This document shows, piece by piece, positions 40,748 to 52,676 of a DNA stretch of 64,000 nt. Under the pieces are notes generated by a model. That model worked only from the letters and a program-made list of their open reading frames with translations. It was not told the DNA's origin and searched no databases. Origin of the DNA: Lingula anatina (taxonomy: Eukaryota > Animalia > Brachiopoda); NCBI GenBank assembly GCA_051362555.1, contig CM120644.1, positions 21,908,534-21,972,533 on the forward strand, written 5' to 3'. The position numbers were made by a program, and so were the translations under genes. The first letter of the stretch is position 1; the number at the start of each line of letters is the position of its first letter.

Positions 40748-43700
40748 AGTTATACGATTTGCTATTTTAAAGTTTTTCCGCGAGTGTTTCTCCAGAAATA
40801 TAACTTAAAGCACTTCAAACAAAATGACGAAATAAAAATGTATTTTGGAAATGTTTAACAAGTCACCGATTCAACTCCTGCAATAAAGAGTGCCGCGGCT
40901 GAATCCGAGGCGGTTTCAATGGATTCGCCGTCCTTGACAAGGTCGGTAATGAAATGCTGTGGACTATCTTCCGTAGCCCTCAACTCGGCATCTTTCGCAA
41001 GACTCTTTTCGACAAGATCCGCTGAAAATCTGAAAGAAATAAAACAAAAATCAAACAAACTGCATGTAGGATAACTGAAGTCATGTCGGTGGATACAACT
41101 TTCTGGATGCACGATGCTTATATTTCACGTTCACTGGTAAACATGCTCAAACATTGTAACTTCTATTCATTTCATTCTATAAAACATTTTTAGGCGCACG
41201 GCGTATCAGAGTAATATACCATATAAGAAAATAGAATAATTTATAAAAAATATATATAAATTAATAAAACTTGTTAATATTGTTCAACAATAATATTTGA
41301 TAGTTTTTAGGGTGTTAGGCCTTATATAGCAGAAATACAACATTGGTCAAAAAGGTTGTTCCACGTCCAGTATCATGTGCTTTTATTTATTCATGATCAT
41401 ATCACAGGTGAAAGTTGTTATAAATAGTGATTTTCATTGAGCCAATTCACTGAAATATTCTCAACAAATATCTCACTCCATTTGCAAGAGGTGACTTCAG
41501 GGATATTCGTACATCGTGGGAGTGCACTTGCACACAATTCTCGCCTGCTGAGTGATGTGTTGCAGAAACCCAATGCTCAGAGGATGGAGCAACCATCTTT
41601 GAGCCCTGATATTAACCGTACTAAGCATGAATTGAAGTGTGCAAAGGAGAACCAAACTCCTAATAATGTGGACCAACTCTCCCAAGCTCTTCAGGAGTAT
41701 GGGACAATATTCCACAAAACAGCTTTGTTATCATTGTTAAAGGCAGGCCGCGCCGTCTACAGGAGATAATTACAGTACGCGGTAGACACACACGCTATTA
41801 GACATGTGACCTTTAATGAGCACATCTTAATGCTAAATGTGTGTAAATTTCGTGACATTTGGCGGTTTCTTTTCAATATTATGGAAATTTCTTTAACTCT
41901 GTGAAAGTCACAGTGAAACGTCGGATTTGAGGGGGTACATGTAATAAATGTAAATAAATGGTATTAAATATGGATATCTTAACCGCTAGTTTGAATTTTC
42001 CGTACCATTTATCATGTTAGTTAGGGTAAAACCACCATTCATAGCAATTAGCTCTTGTGATGTAATCATTTATGAATAAAAGCACATGAAACTTGGGGTG
42101 GGACAACCTTTTAGACCAATGTTGATTTGATAAATTTCTGCCTAAATGGGCATATGAGAATATAAAAAATTCGTCTCCTCGTTCACATTACATTTTTTAT
42201 AGATTTTATGTTGTTTAATACTGTGGCTAATTTGTGAGATAAGACTAAATTCTGCAGTGAATCCCCATGGGCTTGGGTAGATTGTATTGTTAAATACCCA
42301 GTCAAATTTTGTATGAAGTTATCTTTTAATCTTTCCCCAATCACGGAAAGCACCAAATAATCTAAAATAAAAGAGATCTCCTCTCACAACTTATCCCACT
42401 GAGTGCGTGTAAAAGGTTTTGTCATACCCTTGTACTTACTGTAAGACAAAGGAGTACAGTTCCTCAAACCGGGCGTAGAGAGGCGTTGGAAACCATTTAA
42501 AGAATGGCAAAGAGAACAGGTTATCACCGAGGAGGGCAAACAATTCTTCGTTTTTCTGAATAAACATCCGCTCCTTGGCATCGTGTTGCAACTGAGCTCC
42601 GAGCACGTTGAGTCGCATATTAAAACATACAGTTCCAATGGCTAAAAAAGTAGGAAAAATAAAATTTATGCTATTAAAAAAGGGAAAAAGTGAAATAAAA
42701 TCATTGTACTCTAACCTAAGTTATAACCATTTTTCTGAAGCTTCCCAGCACAAAAGTATATAAATATATTTAAACTGGATGAGAGAAATCACTACCAATA
42801 AACAATACTATTAGTAAGTGTATTCCTCATTGTGGACTTTGATCCGTTTTGTTTTGTTTTTTTTTTCGCCTTTTGCTATTAACTTAGTAAATAACCCCAA
42901 CGGATCCTCGACGCTCGACAAGGCTGATTAATTAGTAAAAATAAAACGTAGGAAGTCAGTAAAGGGACAACTTATGACTGGTATAAAATTCCAGTAGTGT
43001 AATTGCATGTAAAAACCCGCACAAATGGACTGGTTCAGGTTAATATAAGTATTATTACTGATGCATCTCTTCTTTACAGATGTCATATATATCATCCGAG
43101 CTTTCGGCCCCTAGGCCTTCTTCGGGTATTATCAATCCCTAGGAGTCGAAAGTACGGATTATATATGACATCTGTTCAGTAGATCTTCATAGATGCATCA
43201 GTAATAATACTTATTTTTTTCCTTAAGATCTATACGGTGAATCGACAGGCTTCAGGTTAAAGGGATAACAACTCTTTGTGTGAGATCTATATTTCACAAT
43301 AAAAACATCGTGAACAACTCATAGAAATATAATTAATTCTATTTTACCACAAAAACGGCAGTTATAACTAATATTCTGATATCTTAGCTGGTCTTTAGAC
43401 CATGTGACCTCCATTGATGGCTTTTTTTTAGAAAAAAAACAGGGACTAACTTTGAATGTAAAAATATATTCATAAACCATTGGTAAGTATGGAAAAATTG
43501 TTGTTTACCCCAGGAAAATTCATTTTTGGCCAAAACGAAGAGTTATTATCCCTTTAATGAAACGGCCGATGTGAAAAAACTCCGCAAAAATAATAACACT
43601 GTAGTGGTTATATATTAAAAGTGGGGGAACAAACGTTCCTTTATATATTCACTTTTCAATGCAGTCACGGTTCATTCCTCATTTCAAAACATGTAGGTAC

Positions 43701-45427
43701 ACATTTGCTTGTGCTTATGCAACATGAAAACATGTGTGAAGAGAAACTTACATTCCATGACGTACTGTACCAGTTCCGCCTGAATATCGAGCTCTGTCTT
43801 TTCCTCGGCCATCTTCTGCAGGTAAGCCATAAAGTCATCTGTGACTTGGGACTGCATACTTAGGTAGAGCTGCACGGCTTGGGGCCGGAGCATTTTCTTC
43901 TGGGTCGTCGTACGTCGGTCATGCCACTGTTTGCCATCTCTTGAAAGAGAAACTAAAATGTTTTCACTGAGTAAAACTAGAGGTAACAACAATATCTTAG
44001 CGCATTACAAGTGTCTGAATAGGCAGACTGACACGATAGTCAAAAATTTTTATATTAATTTAACTTTAAAATTGACACAAATGTATAATAAGTAACAAGA
44101 AAGGCAATTTTCATGAGCAATCAAAAATACAATTGTGAAAGAGCACTGAAAAATCGTTTCTATAAAACTCGGATGTTTCTAGAATGGAATGACACGGGAA
44201 AGCAGTAACATTGGAAAGACCACCATGGCAATGTCAGAAGTTGATCTATGGGCGCACTCAGAACTGTGGACTCACAGATTCGCGGATGAAATATGGCGAC
44301 CTCCTAAAAAGCTTGCCGCTCAATTCTCGATTGGACACTGAATAGATTCCCCGCGGGGATTGCCCAACAAGCATTCAGTGGGTTGGCCATTTTTGATCCG
44401 AGAATATGTAAGTCCACTGTTCTGAATACGATCTTTTCCTTCCCTTACCCCATCCCTAAACTTAAAGGTTTTCCTGTGCGCTTGTAATAAACATCCAGCA
44501 AAGGTAACGAAGCCCCGCGGACTGGGTAACGCCCCTCCTTTCTAAACACAGTGGCAATATCTTCAGGGTCGGACACGTAAACCATGTATGTACTAGGCCC
44601 GAGTCTTTCCTTGAAAATCTTTCCATATTTTTCAAAGTCCTTAGCGAGCTGCAGGTGTAATTTAGATATTATTTTGTTCCCTGAAACATTGGATTAATTC
44701 TCATGTTACACGTTAAATATAAAACTATAGTTTAGACATTAAAAATATACCGGTATTTATCTCATAAAGAAGGGTCGCAACTCTACTACACCTAAAGGAA
44801 TATTTGTAAATTATACCGGTATAATTACGGTTGACCTGACCATTAACACACTAGACGACAGCACAAGATGAACGTACCAAACTTGGTATAATTATGGTTC
44901 TTCTGACCATTAACACACTAGACGACAGCACAAGATGAACGTACCAAACTTGGTATAATTATGGTCTATCTGACTGGCTAACACACTAGACGACAGTACA
45001 AGATGAACGTACCAAACTTGGTATAATAATGGTTAATCTGACTGGCTAACACACTAGAAGACAGTACAAAATGAGCGTACCAAACTTGGTATAATTATGG
45101 TTTATCTGACTGGTTAACACACTAGACGACAGCACAAGGTGAGCGTACCAAACTTGTTATAATTATAGTTGACCTGACCGGCTAACGCACTAGACGACAG
45201 AACAAGATGAGCGTACCAAACTTGGTATAGTCCAGAAGGTTTCCCAGCAAAGGTAAGCCCTTTGGTCCGGGCATTTCTTCCAGCGGCCGTGCCGGAGGTA
45301 CGTGTGTAGCCGCCCCGTGGGGTGTGGGCGGGTCTTTGATTTTGTTGGTAGCGGAGGTCGTGTAGGACCGGCTGGTGATATAGTACAGGCCACATTTAGT
45401 CCATCTCCCAGGCTGGTATACAGGCAT
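37159..45427 (-). CDS. Cytochrome P450, mitochondrial clan-like, paralog C (9 coding exons, ~520 aa)
   Basis: Exons 45427-45217, 44680-44449, 43939-43752, 42641-42440, 41029-40867, 40246-40080, 38711-38630, 37943-37743, 37275-37159. GT-AG junctions with consistent phases; AGVEST, ESMR, PERW and FGHGPRMCIG present. Confidence 0.92.
38809..39994 (+). mobile_element. Degenerate Tc1-like DNA transposon in intron 6 of P450 C
   Basis: ta|caacaatggtcaaaaaggttgtccca...tgggacaacctttttgactaatgttg|ta, with decayed transposase remnants inside. Confidence 0.78.
41338..42124 (+). mobile_element. Internally deleted Tc1-like copy in intron 4 of P450 C
   Basis: Same TIR (caacattggtcaaaaaggttg); RMEQPSLSPDINRTKH resembles the WPxxSPDLNPIE motif. 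Confidence 0.75.
43046..43213. repeat. Long palindrome containing a hammerhead-like motif (probable Penelope-like remnant)
   Basis: Arms taagtattattactgatgcatct / agatgcatcagtaataatactta plus inner arms. The minus strand at 43093-43129 reads ATACCCGAAGAAGGCCTAGGGGCCGAAAGCTCGGATG. Confidence 0.7.
43261..43553. mobile_element. Kolobok-like MITE (TTAA TSD), inverted relative to the 20936 copy
   Basis: ttaa|agggataacaact...agttattatccct|ttaa. Confidence 0.75.
44818..45229. repeat. Six-unit 67-68 bp tandem array spanning the exon1/intron1 junction of P450 C
   Basis: Units start at 44818, 44885, 44952, 45020, 45088 and 45156; there is a single unit in paralogs A and B. Confidence 0.93.
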
Positions 45428-45544
45428 CCTGGACCTCTGTCTACAGACCTCGACACAGGAAGACAATGAGGTTACTTGTGAGAAGGAAAAAGCTGGAAAT
45501 CATTCAGAAATAAATCAGTCTAAAGCGGAAAATTACAATTCTAA

Positions 45545-45547
<3 letters not shown>

Positions 45548-45597
<50 letters not shown>
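45548..45597. repeat. Poly(A) tract (~50 nt)
   Basis: Direct read. Confidence 0.9.
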
Positions 45598-45599
<2 letters not shown>

Positions 45600-48500
45600 C
45601 CAAAACACCTGTTTTAGCCGCAGAACCAAATGTATGAATGGTTCATCCAAAACGAGGCCACTCCTCTCTCAACTCTGCCATCTAAATTATAATAGCACAG
45701 AGAACAGCGTAAAAACACTTATTATTTAAACAACGCGTATGTATATTTTGCATATTTTCGTTTTCATTTCTTTTTATTATTATATTAATCTTTGTTGTTT
45801 TCTATGTCAATTGTAATAAATTATGCCAACAGTACGTGGAACACGGTCTTAAGATATTAATATTTCCATAATTACAAAGAGCTCTCAAATTTGGAAGGGA
45901 TGTGGTGTCTTTGACTTAATGCACTGGGACTATTTACGTATCGCGGTGGTGGACACGGGGAAATGACGCTCTTGATATACATGGCATACATGAACATCCG
46001 GCTGTACATCTGTTATTCTAAATCTCTCTGTAGTCAACTCTGTATAAAATGGGCTTCGGACAATATTGGGGAGGTGAATTAAGTCGCCCAGTGATAAAAC
46101 AATGAAAACAAGCTTTCAGATATAGCTTGCATATTCATAAGGACGCCCTAACAAATCGATGCTTCGTAATAAAGCTGGGAGGTAATTCAACTTTAAAATA
46201 GTCGACGCATTTATAGCTATTACTTTTATTTATTAATGTATAATCTAGTGACATATTATAAAAAATACCTACAAAAGATATTTCTTGAGCATCCAAAAGC
46301 ACCACGATGTATCTTTTCACGTCTGAAAACAAAAATTTATTTCAAATTTAGAAAAATGTATTAAAATTATTTCAGATACGATTAACTCCCTGGCATCAAC
46401 ATACGAGTTCCTATTTGTATGCCTTTTTACTTTCACTGGCTAGGCGGTTATATAATAGTGGACGGCCATTGATATATTGACCGTTTGTGAGCAGACACTT
46501 AAGTACTGACTTGAATCTTTTTTATTTTCCTTTCTTACCCGAAGTGTAAGCCAGTATATTAAAGTAAACGTTCTTGTGCCTTGTCAGCTGGAAATAATGA
46601 CCATTAAATGACCTTAAGTTCCCTCTGTGTCATATTGTGGGCACCTTAATCATATAGCGTGAGTCATGTCCAGCTTCTCTTAACACTTAAATATGTACAT
46701 TCGCAACATGTTAGAAGTCTTAGAAGCCAGGCAATCATGTTGCAGGGGGATGGGATTGGTGGGATGGGGGGAGGGGGGCGGTAGGAAGGGGCAGGAAAAG
46801 TTATATTTAAAGGATCGAGAGTCTCTTAATTCATTTTCCTTCAGTCAGCGTCTCGGGCGTCTAGATCCGTACCCAGCAACATAACACCTGGCTGTTTACA
46901 AGTACATGTACATTGTGGGACGTCATCAGCTGCCCCCTCCCCCTCCTCACACCCACACCCCTCCTCACCCCAAAACATCTTTTCAGTCTACAAATATCTC
47001 GTGTCGGCTTACCTTAACGTGAGCAGCAACGTGGAAGGTATGCGCTCGGATCTCGCTGTAATCTGCTAGTAAGACGTTCCCGTCTCAGTCTTCCACATCT
47101 ATACGGTATCTGTACACTGTCTGCTGTGATGGTTAGGATTACTCGGGTGTTTTTCTCTTGCTAAGCACTCTTGTAGGACACATCTACCTAGCGGACTCCT
47201 GTCTCTTTAAGGCCACTACTACCGTCCTGCTTGTTCTGTTGACGGCTATATTCAAACAACCACAATAACACCGGACTTGACCCAGTGTGCGTCACTGGCT
47301 AGGCGGTAATATAATAGAGGACGGCCATTGTATATTGACCGTTCGTGAGCAGACACTTAGGCTTCATTCACATGCAATGTCTATTTTCTAAATTCTATTT
47401 TCTATTTGCGGTATGTCTTATGATCACGGTCTGTGCCCTGAATATCCCGCGGCGTAATTACTGGCAGCGCGAGCCAGTTACTATAAGTTACAATAAGTAA
47501 CTTATAGTATATTGACCGTTCGTGAGCAGACACTTATACCGACTTGAATCGTTTTTCATTTTCATTTTTTAAATTTTATTTTTATTCATTTATTTATTTG
47601 ATACGCTTTCACTTAAATTTATTAAGAGTAAGTGAAATCACTAGAAAACTGTGGGCCAAATACAACGTTGCTTGCGGTAGGTAAACAAAATGGAGGAAAG
47701 TAAAACAGATGATCTTTTATATTCTTTGTTGTCTTCACTAGCACAATATGGAGAAACTTGTGGAGAGCGCAACAAACAGATTGAGACAGAAAGCTAGGCC
47801 AAACACTGCTGTCTCAGCGAATTTTTCCTGGTCAGTGATTACTATTCCGTTTATATGGGCTCACTGTAATATTAGATACGCATCTTGTTTTTCTTTGAAG
47901 TTCCCCTACGGTGAAATACGTGAAGTACTTTCCCTCCTAGAACTCTCTTAAAACTCTGACAAAAAGTATAGTATAGTATAAGCGGCGGATTTAGAACTCT
48001 CGATTGATCTCAGACAGAGACGCGCTGCAGAGGAGAAAAATACGAAAGAAAATCGACAACCCAATAACTTGATGATATTAAAATGCTGTGCTTGGGAAAA
48101 TAGCGGCGGTCTACCTAATACATTGAAAGACAGCTTTCATGGACTTTATAAATCAAACGATTCATATGGCTTAACAGAATTAACGTTGGAATGAAACTGA
48201 TTTTTAATAGGAAATCCTTGGTCCACGCCTTTTTATCTCCTACTCCGATCTGCAGCCAAGTATATATAAGCAAAGGGTGGTAAGATGCGATAGAAATCAA
48301 TGGTTTTTACGTTATCCACATCCATCGAAATTAAAACAACAATCACGCCGTTGCTGATATTGACGCACTTTAATTTTATCCAAGTGGCGCTTCAATTTTA
48401 AGGCACATTTTTAGCCTTTGCATTATTAAAAATATACAGAAATATACTGTTAAGATTGAACACAGATAAAAATATAATTACAATATCAGTGAAGACTATC

Positions 48501-48820
48501 TGACGGTATCTTCTGAAACCATCCGAAAACACAGAGTTACTGCCTACTGGTGTTAATATATGATAGCGGAAATATACAGTTTTACGTAACCTTGATGTCA
48601 GCGAGAGTAGAGCACAATTCCGACAATTTTTCTCTCGGCTGATATAAAATTAGATTGGTTCAGATGTATGGATATTTTTTTCCATTCCGATTGTTTCTCA
48701 CCGCATATGAATATCAATGCTAACGTCATTAATAATAGGTTCCAAAGCTGTATATATACAGGGAGTACGCCGCCAGGGGGCGAAGCGGTGCAGTACGTTG
48801 ACAATGTGAGACACATGTAT

Positions 48821-48995
48821 GGCCTCATTTAGAACAGTGGACTAACTAGTCCGAGGGTTACAAATATGGTCGAATCACTTGAAGACTTCCCCACGGAATC
48901 TATTCAGCGTTTAATAGTTGATTAGACGGCAAGCTTTGTAGTGGGTCTCCATATTTAATCCTCGGACTAGTTAGTCCTCTGTTCTGAATGCGGCC
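48821..48995. mobile_element. Harbinger/PIF-like MITE
   Basis: tat|ggcctcatttagaacagtggactaactagtccgagg...cctcggactagttagtcctctgttctgaatgcggcc|tat, a 3-bp TSD. Confidence 0.72.
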
Positions 48996-49310
48996 TATGA
49001 CGTTGACGTCCTCTCACTGTTGTAGCAAGCAGTTGCCAAACTGGAAAAATGTTTCCTTTCCTCAACTCTTATAATGTGACATATTACATAGATTAACCCT
49101 ATGTGTCAACACGGGGGCCCTGTGGAGCTGGGCAAAAAGGCTCATCAGAAAAATTTGCGATTTTCGACACAACTACGGAATAAACCTGGCTGACAAACGC
49201 TTTAAAACATATTCCTAGAAACAGGTTAAAATCTGAGGAATGAACGCATTTGGGGGAAGGCTGTGACTTGGAGTTCCGCGCTCCACTGACTTCACGCAGC
49301 CTGGAATGAT

Positions 49311-50453
49311 TCAAAATGTTTCAGCGACGTTGGCGGCGGCTGTAGCAGCGGTTCCAGTGGTCTGATTTGACTCGTTCCCCACCGAGCAGTTATCATTGGA
49401 ATCGTCTGTAGTGTATTTCAGTCCCAGCATTCTTCTAAATTCTCTTTTAAAGTCACACATCCGGTACGCGTACACCACCGGATTGACGGCACTGTTCAGT
49501 ACGGCTAGAACACTGGCGTACACACGTAGTTCAATCAACAGCTGAGAGTTGACCAGCCCGCCGTACACTTGGATGGCCAGAATGATGAAGAACGGGGACC
49601 AAAAAATCAGGTATAACCCGATCACGATGGCCGCCGTCTTGGCGATACGAAAGTTGCGACTGAACGTCCTACTGGAATGGTTTGGCTGCAGCGTTGCTGT
49701 GTCGTTAATCTGCGCGTTGTGGCGTCTGGCGACGTGAAAGATCCGACTGTACAGGCCGATTATCACCAGGGTCACCGTCAGGAACGCTCCAACCGTTACG
49801 TAGCGGTTGTAACCCAGCGTCAGCGTCTTTCCGAAGTCACAGTCTTTTTCGCCTTCAGCCGGCCAACCGTTATACCATAGAAAAGGCAACATGAGGCCGC
49901 ACACAAGGGGGGTCAACCAAACGATGAAAATGGTAAAAATTGACCTCCGACGCGACATAACACTGTAATAACGCATGTGGTATATAACGGCAGAGTATCT
50001 GTCAATGGTAATGGCGAGGAGACAGAGGATGGACGCCGACTGGGTGACGACCATAGTCGCATATCTGAACAGACACACAAAAATATTCTCCAGTATCTCT
50101 GGATGTAGAAAGCAAGTCATTTGGAAGGGCAAGAAGAGACCGACGGTGAAGTCCGCACAAGCCAAATGCATTATGTAGTAGTTTGTAATGGTCTTCAGTT
50201 TCTCTGACCTGTAGAAGGCACCGATGACCATCCCATTACCGAAGCATATTAGAATCATTAAAATTCCTTGCGCAGCTGCGGTGATGATTTTGTACAGATT
50301 GACCGGGGTTCCGTCCACCACGCCACTGCCTTCACTGGTCAAGTTGTTTCCGAACTCGCCAGAGGCTCCAAGAAGAGATACGTTCATGTTGGCGCCAATC
50401 GCGGTACTAAAATTAAAGTTACTGCCATTTGAAAATGACGAGTCTATTTCCAT
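49311..50453 (-). CDS. Class A (rhodopsin-like) GPCR, orphan, adenosine/GPR119/amine-receptor-like; intronless CDS, 380 aa
   Basis: Seven hydrophobic segments; GN (TM1), LACAD (TM2), DRY, W (TM4), FWSPF (TM6), NSAVNPVVY (TM7); N-terminal N-glycosylation sequons. Confidence 0.93.
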   Translation of the reverse strand: MEIDSSFSNGSNFNFSTAIGANMNVSLLGASGEFGNNLTSEGSGVVDGTPVNLYKIITAAAQGILMILICFGNGMVIGAFYRSEKLKTITNYYIMHLACADFTVGLFLPFQMTCFLHPEILENIFVCLFRYATMVVTQSASILCLLAITIDRYSAVIYHMRYYSVMSRRRSIFTIFIVWLTPLVCGLMLPFLWYNGWPAEGEKDCDFGKTLTLGYNRYVTVGAFLTVTLVIIGLYSRIFHVARRHNAQINDTATLQPNHSSRTFSRNFRIAKTAAIVIGLYLIFWSPFFIILAIQVYGGLVNSQLLIELRVYASVLAVLNSAVNPVVYAYRMCDFKREFRRMLGLKYTTDDSNDNCSVGNESNQTTGTAATAAANVAETF

Positions 50454-51723
50454 TCTGAATAGAAACGTTACTCACTAGTTGTATTCTCGTCTACTTAACA
50501 AGTGCCGCGGCCTGTGAAAGTTATTAAAATGTATGTCTTGTCAATTTGAGTCAAATTCTATGTAATTCAGCACCCCTATTATTTTACCACGTTCCCAGTG
50601 CCAGGACTCCAATATTTTGTTCGCAAACAGCTGAATTTAACTCCGACTGTTGTGCACAGCGTAGAGCAGTCGCACTTCACAAGTTAACTCTACAAGAGAA
50701 GCTCTTCTCTCGAAGGCAGGCAACTGCAGCCTTGTATTCCTGTGATCCTGCGAGTGACGCATTGGGCCTTGATACATTTCCAACTTTGTCAATAGACTGT
50801 TTCCCGTTTCCGTTGAATATGTTATAACCCTCTTATTAATTTGTGTCACAAGAGCATCTTTTCTGGAGAGTAAAAAATTAAAGCTCCTAAATAATCCAAG
50901 AACGCCTGTTGCCAACGTTAAAGCCAATCATTTATCATCAAGATAGAAGGCCTGTTGTTATTTATCTCTGATTTATACCAAACCCATCCTTATGCTCCTC
51001 TTGAAAATATTGCGCCACTTAAATAGTAATGTTTTAACAGGGGAAAGCAGGTCACCGTGCCCGCGATTTGTCAAGCCGATAACTGTGAGATGTCCACTGT
51101 GTAGTTTGTAGGTTCCTATAAACCAGAAATATGTTCCTGATTTTCAGTCATTTCATATTCCGCCACCTAATTCGTGAAAATCAACTTCTTGGGATTAAGC
51201 TGGTACCGGAGTCTGCGCTGCTTCTCTATGCTGGCTCTCCATGGTTTGGTATGGTATCCAATCACAATAGGCTTTGATTTATAGTTCTATTAGAAAAACC
51301 ATCCGCACAATTTCAACAAGGCGCTGATCCACGGCAACGGGTGAAAATGTAAAAAGTTTCTCTTTGAATTGTGTCAGCAGACCTGAAATGTGAAAGAGAC
51401 AAGAGCCCTGTGAGATCAGTGAAATTTGATTTTAAAAATATCAGAAGGGATCATTGCACAGTTGTGAGTTCAGTATGGGGATGCCAAGTTTTTCGTGTTA
51501 TTCAGCAACATCAGCCCGTAGTAGAATTTTTGATGTCTTAGTACCTGGGAAATTCAATCTCAAGCAATCAGTGTTTTTAGACCATTTCTTTTGAAAGTAG
51601 GGTCACAGGTGGTTTTCGAGAAAAGATCTGAATTTTTCGGAGAAAATTTCACATTAACGAAATAAAAGATTAGTTCTGGAATAAATTACCGACTACCTAC
51701 TGGATTATTAATTGACATACACA

Positions 51724-51953
51724 CACTGGACAATAGAAGTGTCACCCCTACTGAACCAATACTTTGGGGGAAATAAATGACTGTGGAATGATATGCTCCT
51801 GGTATCATTTTATTAACATCATATTTTACAAAAAGACCAACAATACAATTCCATGGTACAGCGGTTTTATACTCATTAGTCACATTATAAGTAGACCAGG
51901 CATTATAACTTTGATTACTCTGATTCAGGGGGTGACACTTCTTTTGTCCAGTG
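51724..51953. mobile_element. Tc1/mariner-type MITE
   Basis: cactggacaatagaagtgtcacccc...ggggtgacacttcttttgtccagtg. Confidence 0.72.
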
Positions 51954-52435
51954 TGTGCATAAAGTTGAGTAACTAAGCGAAACCACCGCCTCTGTCTTGT
52001 TTGCCATTATTTCCTCAATTAGCATAGCTTATTACATGTGATTTGTTGCGATGTTACTAAGCTAATACAAACGTCTTACATTGTCTATTGCATAAAATAA
52101 ATCAATATGTTTCCCATTAAATAATTAAGATTTAATTTGGGTAAAAGCTTTCTTTTTTGCTAAAAACAAAGATTCTACGTTATCCACAATGACTGTTTGA
52201 AAGACAGTGTCATGGTTGATAAGAAGTTATAAATGGTAATGTTAAACGGTTTACAGGCATGGCTGCTAGCAGAAATAGACCGCACATACTCTTGTCGAGT
52301 GAATTAAGACATCGCGGAGAGATCTAAAGGTGCTGCATATACGTTTAAGCTAAAACTTGGAAATAAACAAACAAGCAGGACTCGAATATTTTATTATAAG
52401 ATGAACAATTGCCGTGCACTTTGTTAAATACAAAA

Positions 52436-52437
52436 AA

Positions 52438-52483
<46 letters not shown>
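52436..52483. repeat. (TAAA)n microsatellite
   Basis: Direct read; similar tracts at ~55421-55457 and ~62881-62923. Confidence 0.9.
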
Positions 52484-52484
<1 letters not shown>

Positions 52485-52676
52485 GATTTCAAGTAAAAAA
52501 ATTGGCAATTATGTGTTTCCAAAATGCAGTATTATCATAACTATTCATGATCATAATGAATTTATAATGGTTAGGAAAATTTTAGCACCTATTTTGTGTA
52601 AGATGTTTTGAAATTCGATAGGAAGTCATACGACTACACGGAAAGGTTGTTATGAACCGCAAGTCATTTCAAATTA

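Noticed and set aside
44818-45229. CRISPR-like regularly spaced repeats
   Set aside because: The whole unit is repeated with no unique spacers, it derives from an exon/intron junction, the context is eukaryotic, and there are no cas genes.
4692-45427. Three P450s as an assembly or haplotype artefact, or assignable to a named CYP family
   Set aside because: The copies differ by many substitutions and independent TE insertions, so they are real paralogs. A family name cannot be assigned without a phylogeny.
48495-48535. Possible hammerhead (ctgacgg...ccgaaaac)
   Set aside because: The core CUGANGA is not matched and there are no convincing stems.
49549-50478. Plus-strand ORFs overlapping the GPCR
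   Set aside because: Antisense shadows without motifs.
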